Shown: positions 24,646 through 38,240 of the stretch, one piece after another
Layout of the letters: each line of letters begins with the position of its first letter
How positions within the stretch are numbered: position 1 is the stretch's first letter
Source: Octopus sinensis
Taxonomy: Eukaryota
Assembly: GCF_006345805.1 (NCBI RefSeq)
Contig: NC_043001.1
Location: 19,282,001 to 19,346,000, forward strand
Length of the DNA: 64,000 nucleotides
Direction of reading: 5' to 3'
Translations under genes and position numbers: made by a program
The notes under the pieces: generated by a model
What the model saw: only the letters and a program-made list of their open reading frames with translations
The model's database searches: none
What the model was told of the DNA's origin: nothing

Positions 24646-27600
24646 CCGAAAAGATAAGTGGTTGGAAGGAGGTACCCTTCCATTTAGGACTGTACTGCTC
24701 TTTTTCCTTTACTCATATGTGTCAAGCAATTGACTTCAGTTCGGTTTTGTGTTGAAGAAGTGAGGATGAGTCACTTGTACAGCTGTTGATTACAATAGCT
24801 GTGTTCGTGAAGTACGTGCGGAGGACCTGCTCCGCCATCCTGTTCAGATAAGCGGTCCTTGGAAGATTGTTGAGGTAGATGAAACCTAGGGTCCTACCTA
24901 GTTGAGGTAGATGAAACCTAGGGTCCTACCTAGTTGAGGTAGATTAAACCTAGGGTCCTAACTAGTTGAGGTAAATGAAACCTGGGTCCTACCTAGTTGA
25001 GGTAGGCGAAACCTAGGGTCCTAACTAGTTGAGGTAGATGAAACCTAGGGTCCTACCTAGTTGAGGTAGGTGAAACCTAGGGTCCTACCTAGTTGAGGTA
25101 GATGAAACCTAGGGTCCTAACTAGTTGAGGTAAATGAAACCTGGGTCCTACCTAGTTGAGGTAGGTGAAACCTAGGGTCCTAACTAGTTGAGGTAGATGA
25201 AACCTGGGTCCTACCTAGTTGAGGTAGATGAAACCTGGGTCCTACCTAGTTGAGGTAGGTGAAACCTAGGGTCCTAACTAGTTGAGGTAGATGAAACCTA
25301 GGGTCCTACCTAGTTGAGGTAGGTGAAACCTAGGGTACTACCTAGTTGAGGTAGATGAAACCTAGGGTCCTAACTAGTTGAGGTAAATGAAACCTGGGTC
25401 CTACCTAGTTGAGGTAGGTGAAACCTAGGGTCCTAACTAGTTGAGGTAGATGAAACCTAGGGTCCTACCTAGTTGAGGTAGGTGAAACCTAGGGTCCTAC
25501 CTAGTTGAGGTAGATGAAACCTAGGGTCCTAACTAGTTGAGGTAAATGAAACCTGGGTCCTACCTAGTTGAGGTAGATGAAACCTGGGTCCTACCTAGTT
25601 GAGGTAGGTGAAACCTAGGGTCCTAACTAGTTGAGGTAGATGAAACCTAGGGTCCTAACTAGTTGAGGTAGGTGAAACCTAGGGTCCTACCTAGTTGAGG
25701 TAGATGAAACCTAGGGTCCTAACTAGTTGAGGTAAATGAAACCTGGGTCCTACCTAGTTGAGGTAGGTGAAACCTAGGGTCCTAACTAGTTGAGGTAGAT
25801 GAAACCTGGGTCCTACCTAATTGAGGTAGATGAAACCTGGGTCCTACCTAGTTGAGGTAGGTGAAACCTAGGGTCCTAACTAGTTGAGGTAGATGAAACC
25901 TAGGGTCCTAACTAGTTGAGGTAGGTGAAACCTAGGGTCCTACCTAGTTGAGGTAGATGAAACCTAGGGTCCTAACTAGTTGAGGTAAATGAAACCTGGG
26001 TCCTACCTAGTTGAGGTAGGTGAAACCTAGGGTCCTAACTAGTTGAGGTAGATGAAACCTAGGGTCCTACCTAGTTGAGGTAGGTGAAACCTAGGGTCCT
26101 ACCTAGTTGAGGTAGATGAAACCTAGGGTCCTAACTAGTTGAGGTAAATGAAACCTGGGTCCTACCTAGTTGAGGTAGGTGAAACCTAGGGTCCTAACTA
26201 GTTGAGGTAGATGAAACCTGGGTCCTACCTAGTTGAGGTAGGTGAAACCTAGGGTCCTACCTAGTTGAGGTAGATGAAACCTAGGGTCCTAACTAGTTGA
26301 GGTAAATGAAACCTGGGTCCTACCTAGTTGAGGTAGGTGAAACATAGGGTCCTAACTAGTTGAGGTAGATGAAACCTGGGTCCTACCTAGTTGAGGTAGG
26401 TGAAACCTAGGGTCCTACCTAGTTGAGGTAGATGAAACCTAGGGTCCTAACTAGTTGAGGTAGGTGAAACCTAGGGTCCTACCTAGTTGAGGTAGATGAA
26501 ACCTAGGGTCCTAACTAGTTGAGGTAGGTGAAACCTAGGGTCCTACCTAGTTGAGGTAGATGAAACCTAGGGTCCTAACTAGTTGAGGTAAATGAAACCA
26601 AGGGTCCTACCTAGTTGAGGTAGGTGAAACCTAGGGTCCTACCTAGTTGAGGTAGGTGAAACCTAGGGTCCTAACTAGTTGAGGTAGGTGAAACCTAGGG
26701 TCCTACCTAGTTGAGGTAGATGAAACCTAGGGTCCTAACTAGTTGAGGTAGGTGAAACCTAGGGTCCTACCTAGTTGAGGTAGATGAAACCTAGGGTCCT
26801 AACTAGTTGAGGTAAATGAAACCAAGGGTCCTACCTAGTTGAGGTAGGTGAAACCTAGGGTCCTACCTAGTTGAGGTAGGTGAAACCTAGGGTCCTAACT
26901 AGTTGAGGTAGATGAAACCTAGGGTCCTACCTAGTTGAGGTAGGTGAAACCTAGGGTCCTACCTTGTTGAGGTAGATGAAACCTAGGGTCCTAACTAGTT
27001 GAGGTAAATGAAACCAAGGGTCCTACCTAGTTGAGGTAGGTGAAACCTAGGGTCCTACCTAGTTGAGGTAGATGAAACCTAGGGTCCTAACTAGTTGAGG
27101 TAGGTGAAACCTAGGGTCCTAACTAGTTGAGGTAGATGAAACCTGGGTCCTACCTAGTTGAGGTAGGTGAAACCTAGGGTCCTACCTAGTTGAGGTAGAT
27201 GAAACCTAGGGTCCTACCTAGTTGAGGTAGGTGAAACCTAGGGTCCTAACTAGTTGAGGTAGATGAAACCAAGGGTCCTACCTAGTTGAGATAGATGAAA
27301 CCTAGGGTCCTACCTAGTTGAGGTAGGTGAAACCTAGGGTCCTAACTAGTTGAGGTAGGTGAAACCTAGGGTCCTACCTAGTTGAGGTAGATGAAACCTA
27401 GGGTCCTACCTAGTTGAGGTAGGTGAAACCTAGGGTCCTACCTAGTTGAGGTAGATGGAACCTAGGGTCCTAACTAGTTGAGGTAGATGAAACCTGGGTC
27501 CTACCTAGTTGAGGTAGGTGAAACCTAGGGTCCTAACTAGTTGAGGTAGATGAAACCAAGGGTCCTACCTAGTTGAGGTAGATGAAACCTGGGTCCTACC

Positions 27601-30600
27601 TAGTTGAGGTAGATGAAACCTAGGGTCCTACCTAGTTGAGGTAGATGAAACCTAGGGTCCTAACTAGTTGAGGTAAATGAAACCTGGGTCCTACCTAGTT
27701 GAGGTAGGTGAAAACTAGGGTCCTCCCTAGTTGAGGTAGATGAAACCTAGGGTCCTAACTAGTTGAGGTAGATGAAACCTAGGGTCCTACCTAGTTGAGG
27801 TAGGTGAAACCTAGGGTCCTACCTAGTTGAGGTAGATGAAACCTAGGGTCCTAACTAGTTGAGGTAAATGAAACCTGGGTCCTACCTAGTTGAGGTAGGT
27901 GAAACCTAGGGTCCTAACTAGTTGAGGTAGATGAAACCTAGGGTCCTACCTAGTTGAGGTAGGTGAAACCTAGGGTCCTAACTAGTTGAGGTAGATGAAA
28001 CCTGGGTCCTACCTAGTTGAGGTAGGTGAAACCTAGGGTCCTACCTAGTTGAGGTAGATGAAACCTAGGGTCCTAACTAGTTGAGGTAGATGAAACCTGG
28101 GTCCTACCTAGTTGAGGTAGGTGAAACCTAGGGTCCTACCTAGTTGAGGTAGATGAAACCTAGGGTCCTAACTAGTTGAGGTAGATGAAACCTGGGTCCT
28201 ACCTAGTTGAGGTAGGTGAAACCTAGGGTCCTACCTAGTTGAGGTAGGTGAAACCTAGGGTCCTAACTAGTTGAGGTAGATGAAACCTGGGTCCTACCTA
28301 GTTGAGGTAGGTGAAACCTAGGGTCCTACCTAGTTGAGGTAGATGAAACCTAGGGTCCTAACTAGTTGAGGTAAATGAAACCTGGGTCCTACCTAGTTGA
28401 GGTAGGTGAAACCGAGGGTCCTAACTAGTTGAGGTAGATGAAACCTGGGTCCTACCTAGTTGAGGTAGGTGAAACCTAGGGTCCTACCTAGTTGAGGTAG
28501 ATGAAACCTAGGGTCCTAACTAGTTGAGGTAAATGAAACCTGGGTCCTACCTAGTTGAGGTAGGTGAAACCTAGGGTCCTAACTAGTTGAGGTAGATGAA
28601 ACCTGGGTCCTACCTAGTTGAGGTAGGTGAAACCTAGAGTCCTAACTAGTTGAGGTAGATGAAACCTGGGTCCTACCTAGTTGAGGTAGGTGAAACCTAG
28701 GGTCCTACCTAGTTGAGGTAGGTGAAACCTAGGGTCCTAACTAGTTGAGGTAGATGAAACCTAGGGTCCTACCTAGTTGAGGTAGGTGAAACCTAGGGTC
28801 CTAACTAGTTGAGGTAGATGAAACCAAGGGTCCTACCTAGTTGAGATAGATGAAACCTAGGGTCCTACCTAGTTGAGGTAGGTGAAACCTAGGGTCCTAC
28901 CTAGTTGAGGTAGGTGAAACCTAGGGTCCTACCTAGTTGAGGTAGGTGAAACCTAGGGTCCTACCTAGTTGAGGTAGGTGAAACCTAGGGTCCTACCTAG
29001 TTGAGGTAGATGAAACCTAGGGTCCTAACTAGTTGAGGTAGATGAAACCTGGGTCCTACCTAGTTGAGGTAGGTGAAACCTAGGGTCCTAACTAGTTGAG
29101 GTAGATGAAACCAAGGGTCCTACCTAGTTGAGGTAGATGAAACCTGGGTCCTACCTAGTTGAGGTAGATGAAACCTAGGGTCCTACCTAGTTGAGGTAGA
29201 TGAAACCTGGGTCCTACCTAGTTGAGGTAGGTGAAACCTAGGGTCCTAACTAGTTGAGGTAGATGAAACCTAGGGTCCTACCTAGTTGAGGTAGGTGAAA
29301 CCTAGGGTCCTAACTAGTTGAGGTAGATGAAACCAAGGGTCCTACCTAGTTGAGATAGATGAAACCTAGGGTCCTACCTAGTTGACGTAGGTGAAACCTA
29401 GGGTCCTAACTAGTTGAGGTAGGTGAAACCTAGGGTCCTACCTAGTTGAGGTAGATGAAACCTAGGGCCCTACCTAGTTGATGTAGGTGAAACCTAGGGT
29501 CCTACCTATTTGAGGTAGATGAAACCTAGGGTCCTACCTAGTTGAGGTAGGTGAAACCTAGGGTCCTACCTAGTTGAGGTAGGTGAAACCTAGGGTCCTA
29601 ACTAGTTGAGGTAGATGAAACCAAGGGTCCTACCTAGTTTGAGATAGATGAAACCTAGAGTCCTACCTAGTTGAGGTAGGTGAAACCTAGGGTCCTACCT
29701 AGTTGAGGTAGATGAAACCTAGGGTCCTACCTAGTTGAGGTAGGTGAAACCTAGGGTCCTACCTAGTTGAGGTAGATGAAACCTAGGGTCCTACCTAGTT
29801 GAGGTAGGTGAAACCTAGGGTCCTACCTAGTTGAGGAAGGTGAAACCTAGGTTCCTAACTAGTTGAGGTAGATGAAACCAAGGGTCCTACCTAGTTGAGA
29901 TAGATGAAACCTAGGGTCCTACCTAGTGGGGGTAGGTGAAACCTAGGGTCCTAACTAGTTGAGGTAGGTGAAACCTAGGGTCCTACCTAGTTGAGGTAGA
30001 TGAAACCTAGGGTCCTAACTAGTTGAGGTAGGTGAAACCTAGGGTCCTAACTAGTTGAGGTAGATGAAACCTAGGGTCCTACCTAGTTGAGGTAGGTGAA
30101 ACCTAGGGTCCTACCTAGTTGAGGTAGGTGAAACCTAGGGTCCTAACTAGTTGAGGTAGATGAAACCAAGGGTCCTACCTAGTTGAGATAGATGAAACCT
30201 AGGGTCCTACCTAGTTGAGGTAGGTGAAACCTAGGGTCCTAACTAGTTGAGGTAGGTGAAACCTAGGGTCCTACCTAGTTGAGGTAGATGAAACCTAGGG
30301 TCCTAACTAGTTGAGGTAGGTGAAACCTAGGGTCCTAACTAGTTGAGGTAGATGAAACCTAGGGTCCTACCTAGTTGAGGTAGGTGAAACCTAGGGTCCT
30401 ACCTAGTTGAGATAGGTGAAACCTAGGGTCCTAACTAGTTGAGGTAGATGAAACCTAGGGTCCTACCTAGTTGAGGTAGGTGAAACCTAGGGTCCTAACT
30501 AGTTGAGGTAGATGAAACCTGGGTCCTACCTAGTTGAGGTAGATGAAACCTAGGGTCCTACCTAGTTGAGGTAGATGAAACCTAGGGTCCTACCTAGTTG

Positions 30601-33600
30601 AGGTAAATGAAACCTGGGTCCTACCTAGTTGAGGTAGGTGAAACCTAGGGTCCTACCTAGTTTAGGTAGGTGAAACCTAGGGTCCTAACTAGTTGAGGTA
30701 GATGAAACCTAGGGTCCTACCTAGTTGAGGTAGGTGAAACCTAGGGTCCTAACTAGTTGAGGTAGATGAAACCAAGGGTCCTACCTAGTTGAGATAGATG
30801 AAACCTAGGGTCCTACCTAGTTGAGGTAGGTGAAACCTAGGGTCCTAACTAGTTGAGGTAGGTGAAACCTAGGGTCCTACCTAGTTGAGGTAGATGAAAC
30901 CTAGGGTCCTACCTAGTTGAGGTAGGTGAAACCTAGGGTCCTACCTAGTTGAGGTAGATGAAACCTAGGGTCCTAACTAGTTGAGGTAGATGAAACCTGG
31001 GTCCTACCTAGTTGAGGTAGGTGAAACCTAGGGTCCTAACTAGTTGAGGTAGATGAAACCAAGGGTCCTACCTAGTTGAGGTAGATGAAACCTGGGTCCT
31101 ACCTAGTTGAGGTAGATGAAACCTAGGGTCCTACCTAGTTGAGGTAGATGAAACCTGGGTCCTACCTAGTTGAGGTAGGTGAAACCTAGGGTCCTAACTA
31201 GTTGAGGTAGATGAAACCTAGGGTCCTACCTAGTTGAGGTAGGTGAAACCTAGGGTCCTAACTAGTTGAGGTAGATGAAACCAAGGGTCCTACCTAGTTG
31301 AGATAGATGAAACCTAGGGTCCTACCTAGTTGACGTAGGTGAAACCTAGGGTCCTAACTAGTTGAGGTAGGTGAAACCTAGGGTCCTACCTAGTTGAGGT
31401 AGATGAAACCTAGGGCCCTACCTAGTTGATGTAGGTGAAACCTAGGGTCCTACCTATTTGAGGTAGATGAAACCTAGGGTCCTACCTAGTTGAGGTAGGT
31501 GAAACCTAGGGTCCTACCTAGTTGAGGTAGGTGAAACCTAGGGTCCTAACTAGTTGAGGTAGATGAAACCAAGGGTCCTACCTAGTTTGAGATAGATGAA
31601 ACCTAGAGTCCTACCTAGTTGAGGTAGGTGAAACCTAGGGTCCTACCTAGTTGAGGTAGATGAAACCTAGGGTCCTACCTAGTTGAGGTAGGTGAAACCT
31701 AGGGTCCTACCTAGTTGAGGTAGATGAAACCTAGGGTCCTACCTAGTTGAGGTAGGTGAAACCTAGGGTCCTACCTAGTTGAGGAAGGTGAAACCTAGGG
31801 TCCTAACTAGTTGAGGTAGATGAAACCAAGGGTCCTACCTAGTTGAGATAGATGAAACCTAGGGTCCTACCTAGTGGGGGTAGGTGAAACCTAGGGTCCT
31901 AACTAGTTGAGGTAGGTGAAACCTAGGGTCCTACCTAGTTGAGGTAGATGAAACCTAGGGTCCTAACTAGTTGAGGTAGGTGAAACCTAGGGTCCTAACT
32001 AGTTGAGGTAGATGAAACCTAGGGTCCTACCTAGTTGAGGTAGGTGAAACCTAGGGTCCTACCTAGTTGAGGTAGGTGAAACCTAGGGTCCTAACTAGTT
32101 GAGGTAGATGAAACCAAGGGTCCTACCTAGTTGAGATAGATGAAACCTAGGGTCCTACCTAGTTGACGTAGGTGAAACCTAGGGTCCTAACTAGTTGAGG
32201 TAGGTGAAACCTAGGGTCCTACCTAGTTGAGGTAGATGAAACCTAGGGTCCTAACTAGTTGAGGTAGGTGAAACCTAGGGTCCTAACTAGTTGAGGTAGG
32301 TGAAACCTAGGGTCCTACCTAGTTGAGGTAGGTGAAACCTAGGGTCCTACCTAGTTGAGGTAGGTGAAACCTAGGGTCCTAACTAGTTGAGGTAGATGAA
32401 ACCTAGGGTCCTACCTAGTTGAGGTAGGTGAAACCTAGGGTCCTAACTAGTTGAGGTAGATGAAACCTGGGTCCTACCTAGTTGAGGTAGATGAAACCTA
32501 GGGTCCTACCTAGTTGAGGTAGATGAAACCTAGGGTCCTACCTAGTTGAGGTAAATGAAACCTGGGTCCTACCTAGTTGAGGTAGGTGAAACCTAGGGTC
32601 CTACCTAGTTTAGGTAGGTGAAACCTAGGGTCCTAACTAGTTGAGGTAGATGAAACCTAGGGTCCTACCTAGTTGAGGTAGGTGAAACCTAGGGTCCTAA
32701 CTAGTTGAGGTAGATGAAACCAAGGGTCCTACCTAGTTGAGATAGATGAAACCTAGGGTCCTACCTAGTTGAGGTAGGTGAAACCTAGGGTCCTAACTAG
32801 TTGAGGTAGGTGAAACCTAGGGTCCTACCTAGTTGAGGTAGATGAAACCTAGGGTCCTACCTAGTTGAGGTAGGTGAAACCTAGGGTCCTACCTAGTTGA
32901 GGTAGATGAAACCTAGGGTCCTAACTAGTTGAGGTAGATGAAACCTGGGTCCTACCTAGTTGAGGTAGGTGAAACCTAGGGTCCTAACTAGTTGAGGTAG
33001 ATGAAACCAAGGGTCCTACCTAGTTGAGGTAGATGAAACCTGGGTCCTACCTAGTTGAGGTAGATGAAACCTAGGGTCCTACCTAGTTGAGGTAGATGAA
33101 ACCTGGGTCCTACCTAGTTGAGGTAGGTGAAACCTAGGGTCCTAACTAGTTGAGGTAGATGAAACCTAGGGTCCTACCTAGTTGAGGTAGGTGAAACCTA
33201 GGGTCCTAACTAGTTGAGGTAGATGAAACCAAGGGTCCTACCTAGTTGAGATAGATGAAACCTAGGGTCCTACCTAGTTGAGGTAGGTGAAACCTAGGGT
33301 CCTAACTAGTTGAGGTAGGTGAAACCTAGGGTCCTACCTAGTTGAGGTAGATGAAACCTAGGGCCCTACCTAGTTGAGGTAGGTGAAACCTAGGGTCCTA
33401 CCTAGTTGAGGTAGATGAAACCTAGGGTCCTACCTAGTTGAGGTAGGTGAAACCTAGGGTCCTACCTAGTTGAGGTAGGTGAAACCTAGGGTCCTAACTA
33501 GTTGAGGTAGATGAAACCAAGGGTCCTACCTAGTTGAGATAGATGAAACCTAGGGTCCTACCTAGTTGAGGTAGGTGAAACCTAGGGTCCTACCTAGTTG

Positions 33601-34646
33601 AGGTAGATGAAACCTAGGGTCCTACCTAGTTGAGGTAGGTGAAACCTAGGGTCCTACCTAGTTGAGGTAGATGAAACCTAGGGTCCTATCTAGTTGAGGT
33701 AGGTGAAACCTAGGGTCCTCCCTAGTTGAGGTAGGTGAAACCTAGGGTCCTAACTAGTTGAGGTAGATGAAACCAAGGGTCCTACCTAGTTGAGATAGAT
33801 GAAACCTAGGGTCCTACCTAGTTGAGGTAGGTGAAACCTAGGGTCCTAACTAGTTGAGGTAGGCGAAACCTAGGGTCCTACCTAGTTGAGGTAGATGAAA
33901 CCTAGGGTCCTAACTAGTTGAGGTAGGTGAAACCTAGGGTCCTAACTAGTTGAGGTAGGTGAAACCTAGGGTCCTACCTAGTTGAGGTAGGTGAAACCTA
34001 GGGTCCTACCTAGTTGAGGTAGGTGAAACCTAGGGTCCTAACTAGTTGAGGTAGATGAAACCAAGGGTCCTACCTAGTTGAGATAGATGAAACCTAGGGT
34101 CCTACCTAGTTGAGGTAGGTGAAACCTAGGGTCCTAACTAGTTGAGGTAGGTGAAACCTAGGGTCCTACCTAGTTGAGGTAGATGAAACCTAGGGTCCTA
34201 ACTAGTTGAGGTAGGTGAAACCTAGGGTCCTAACTAGTTGAGGTAGATGAAACCTAGGGTCCTACCTAGTTGAGGTAGGTGAAACCTAGGGTCCTACCTA
34301 GTTGAGGTAGGTGAAACCTAGGGTCCTAACTAGTTGAGGTAGATGAAACCTAGGGTCCTACCTAGTTGATGTAGGTGAAACCTAGGGTCCTAACTAGTTG
34401 AGGTAGATGAAACCTGGGTCCTACCTAGTTGAGGTAGATGAAACCTAGGGTCCTACCTAGTTGAGGTAGATGAAACCTAGGGTCCTACCTAGTTGAGGTA
34501 AACGAAACCTAGGGTCCTAACTAGTTGAGGTAGATGAAACCTAGGGTCCTACCTAGTTGAGGTAGGTGAAACCTGGGTCCTACCTAGTTGAGGTAGATGA
34601 AACCTGGGTCCTACCTAGGCAGTAAGTTTTCGGTGGAGTGTGTTGC
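24646..34646 (+). pseudogene. Merlin (IS1016/ISXO2-like) DDE transposase relic split by a satellite array
   Basis: Left of the array, across frameshifts: RKDKWLEGGTLPFRTVLLFFLYS / TSVRFCVEEVRMS / CTAVDYNSCVREVRAEDLLRHPVQISGPWKIVEVDET. Right of the array: Q*VFGGVCC (34620-34646). These match the Merlin motifs GGPG.IVE.DES and QWVFGG.C in the correct order, from recalled family knowledge. Confidence 0.8.
24869..34618. repeat. Satellite/minisatellite array, 31/32-bp monomer, ~9.75 kb, about 305 copies
   Basis: Consensus gttgaggta(g/a)rtgaaacct(a)gggtccta(c/a)cta, continuous from 24869 to 34618. Confidence 0.98.
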
Positions 34647-36014
34647 GTAAATTTAGTAGACGAAAACTGTGTGGATACCTGTTGTATGTGTATGTGTGAG
34701 TGTGTATGTTTGTGTATGTATGTGTGTGTGTGTGTGTGTGCGCGCGCGCGTGTGTGTGTGTGTGTGCGTGTGTGTGCGTGTGTGTGTGTGTGTGTATGCG
34801 TGCGTGCGTATGCATACGTGGGTATATGCGTGCGTGTATGTTTATCTCCTTTCCATCGACTGACATCCAGTAACAAGAGACCGATAGCAAAAGTACCAGA
34901 CTTTTAAAAGAAAAACAAGGAATTAAGTCGATTTGTTCGACTAAACCCTTCAAGAAGTTCCCTTGCGTGGTCCCAGTTCAATGACTGAAACAAGTAAAAG
35001 ATAAAAGTTACTCATATCAATTCAACCAAGTTCGCCAATTCTTCAACGAAAATTTACTTCGAGCCCGAATCAGAAAAGTCTCACTGTGCCGTTATGCCTC
35101 TTTAAAATCGGTTCGACTTTCTATGAACAGCAGCCACATCACCTTCTAGTCTTCAAAAAGGAAGAAGCGCATTGAATCATGTAATTCTAGTTATACTATG
35201 CCTTAGGATAATGTAGTATAGTCATAGTCACGTCTTTGATCAGAAATAAATTCGCTGTTAGGTAGCACGAGAGTATAGGACAAACTTTTTAAAATCTAGC
35301 AACCTGAATCATTCGGAGATAAATGTCTTTTCTAAGGACACTGGATAGCCTGAATGACAAAATATCGTTAATTATTGCTCCTTAGACTTGACGCTATGCT
35401 GTCAAGGTCAACTGATTAAAATACAGGAATATGCGGTGCTGTAAATATCTTCTGCTCTACAAACAAATTCACAGATAATAAATAAATTGACATTTATGTT
35501 ATTACGTAGTTTGAATTGTTCAACAGTTTATAAGTCTTACCGAAAGGGTATGTCATCGGTCGTTTCTTCTTAAAATGTCTGGCATTTTTCTTTTCTTATC
35601 CTTATTATTCAATCTTTAAGTTATGTTTGTTTTGCTTTAAAACTGTGGCTTTACTTTACACAAACAAAAAGGAAAAAAGTTACAACTACTTCAATGACAT
35701 GGAAGCGATTGATTTCAGCAATGAGGCATTGCAGTTATTGCTTATCCAAAGATTAGCCCTGATAGAAAAGACTTATTATCAACGGTATAGCTGTGACCAT
35801 CCCATCTGGTTTTCAAACAGTGCGCCGGGGATTTTGGAAAAATACAACTTTTAGTTTCATAAAAAACCACACTAATGCATGAGTGTTTTGAAAAACGTGT
35901 TATTTACCATTTTGTTAAACACAACTGTGATTAATAAAACAAGGTAAGCTATAGTTTCCTATATATTTGCGAAATATCGTGTTTATCTTTTACGTGTTTA
36001 GTCGGACAAATCAA

Positions 36015-36390
36015 GGATCTTTACCTTTTGACCTACAGATTTACAATATAATTTTTTGTAATTAAACACTTTCAAACTTCGGACACTGGTAGAATGTGTC
36101 ATATAAAACATCTTTTACTCGTAGCGTTTTTGAGAAAAGCTTATATTTACGAAGTTATTTCACGTTAAAGTTGTCCTATTTCAGTAATTTCAACCAATCA
36201 ATGACGTGTATTCAGCTGAATAAAATTACTGCCGTTGTTTGTCAACAAGAACTTCCAGCGGTGTATATTTCGTTTGTCACTCTTATTTATAACAACCCTA
36301 ACCCTAAAACCTGAGCCCTAACCCTAACCCTAAAACCTTAACCCTAAAACCTTAAAACCAGTACAAATGCACGAACGATGTAAAGATCCC
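36015..36390. mobile_element. MITE-like element related to the 12884 arm, with a (CCCTAA)-like tract
   Basis: ggatcttt...aaagatcc ends, a shared aaccaatcaatgacgtgtattcag block, and degenerate ccctaa repeats at 36295-36355. Confidence 0.6.
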
Positions 36391-37102
36391 AAATCAATCC
36401 CACTATTTATTCTTTATCGGTCTGATATTTATTTTCTCAGTATCCTTTCGCTGAACCGATAGGTCTTGGGGAAGTAAACAAACCAACACTGGTTGTCAAG
36501 CATTGGTGAGGACAAACACAGCCACAAAATACGCATGCGCATGCACATAGATATATATCTTTTATCTTTAATCTTTTTGTTGTTTTAGTCGTTGGACTGT
36601 GGCCATTCTGGGGCACAACCTTGAAGCGTTCTTAGTCGAATAAATCGACTGCACTACTTACTTTCAAAAGCCTAGTACTTATTCTATCGTGTTCCTTTGC
36701 TGAACCGCTAAGTTACAGAGACGTAAATAACACAACACCTGTTGTTAAGCGGTGGGTGGGGGACAAATACAAACACAATCACACACACAGTCACGTACAC
36801 GCAACTGACTCTTAGTTCTTTAAAAGAATTCAGCTCTAAATATTTCAGGTAAAAAGCAAGTGAGGAATGCTAACGGTGATATATCTACAAATCCAGGTAA
36901 AAAAAAAAGGAAGTCACAAGGGTTTTGTCCGGTGGGGTTTTGTCCTGGGGTTGGGTTGTCTGGATCCCATAAATTAATTGTGATTTTTCCCTGTGACTTT
37001 ATTACTAGTCACCATAAATTAATTGTGACTTTTTTTTTCCTAGCCAAAATTGCGATTCTCTCCTTCTCTCTCCCTCTTACTCTATGTTTTCTATATAAAC
37101 CA

Positions 37103-37520
37103 TCATCATCATCATCATCATTGTTCGACCGTGGTCGAGACAATGGAATTTACTATGTTACGCCAGACTTCATGGTCCATCATAGCATGACGGAGGTCCT
37201 GTTGCTGGATGCCTGTATTCCTGGAGATTACATCAGGGTAGGAGAGTGTGCGCCCTCTGGTATCGCAAGCAGATGGCTTCCAGAGGAGAAGAGTAGAAAT
37301 TACCTCGTTTTCAGCTCTACAACAATGTCCAGCAAACTGGACTCTTCTACTTTTCACAAGAGATGATACAGGTGGTAATTTCCCATATATTTGTACTCTG
37401 GTTGGATGACGCTTCCACAAGAGATTTTGAGCTCTCATAAGGAGGCGAGTGTAGGTTCCATCCAACCGCCTCTCAAGCTTCTTTGATAACGTCCAATGGT
37501 CAAGTGACTACTCCAACACT
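37103..37520 (-). mobile_element. RTE-clade LINE 3' fragment
   Basis: ORF 37118-37465: DGTYTRLL...SRRVQFAGHCCR...LLLWKP...RGRTLSYPDVI...DHEVWR, an RTE C-terminal pattern. Ends in a (GAT)n tail. Confidence 0.85.
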
Positions 37521-37844
37521 TTTAATGCCAAATTCTTACTAGTCACTTCAAAACAGGTCTTAAGTAGATGCTCTCTATAGAATTTCTCACAAAATTTGTC
37601 ATCGCTTGCTAATCCATGAGCTGCAACAGAGAAATTGTATTAGGAAGTGGGAAGTATACTTTTACGAAAGTAAACTCCGGTGGCATTTTATCTATGAGGC
37701 TGGAAGGATTCCTAGAGCATTGTCTGTAACACGAAGAGCTTGTAACAGAATGAGAGATTCCCGCACTGGATGGGTGCTGCTCGCATCCTTTACATCAAAT
37801 ATTAATTGTAGAAAGAGTCAAGATTTTCCTTTAACTTCAACAGT

Positions 37845-38240
37845 CAGGAGTGGCTGTGTGGTAAGTAGCTTGTTTACCAACCACATGGTTCCGGGTTCAG
37901 TCCCACTGCGTGGCATCTTGGGCAAGTGTCTTCTACTATAGCCCCGGGCCGACCAATGCCTTGTGAGTGGATTTGGTAGACGGAAACTGAAAGAAGCCTG
38001 TCGTATATATATATATGCGTGCGTATTTGTGTGTCTGTGTTTGTCCCCCTAGCATTGTTTGACAACCGATGCTAGTGTGTTTATGTCCCCGTTACTTAGC
38101 GGATCGGCACAAGAGACCGATAGAATAAGTACTGGGCTTACAAAAGAATAAGTCCCGGGGTCGATGTGTTCGATTAAAGGCGGTGCTCCAGCATGGCCGC
38201 AGTCAAATGACTGAAACAAATAAAAGAGTAAAAGAGTATA
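37845..38240 (+). mobile_element. SINE family A
   Basis: Full-length match to the family-A sequence shared among copies in this window. Confidence 0.9.

Noticed and set aside
24869-34618. CRISPR array
   Set aside because: The monomers are contiguous with no unique spacers, there are no cas genes, and the context is eukaryotic. It is a satellite.
36295-36355. Interstitial telomere
   Set aside because: Only a few degenerate CCCTAA units, embedded in a MITE-like element.
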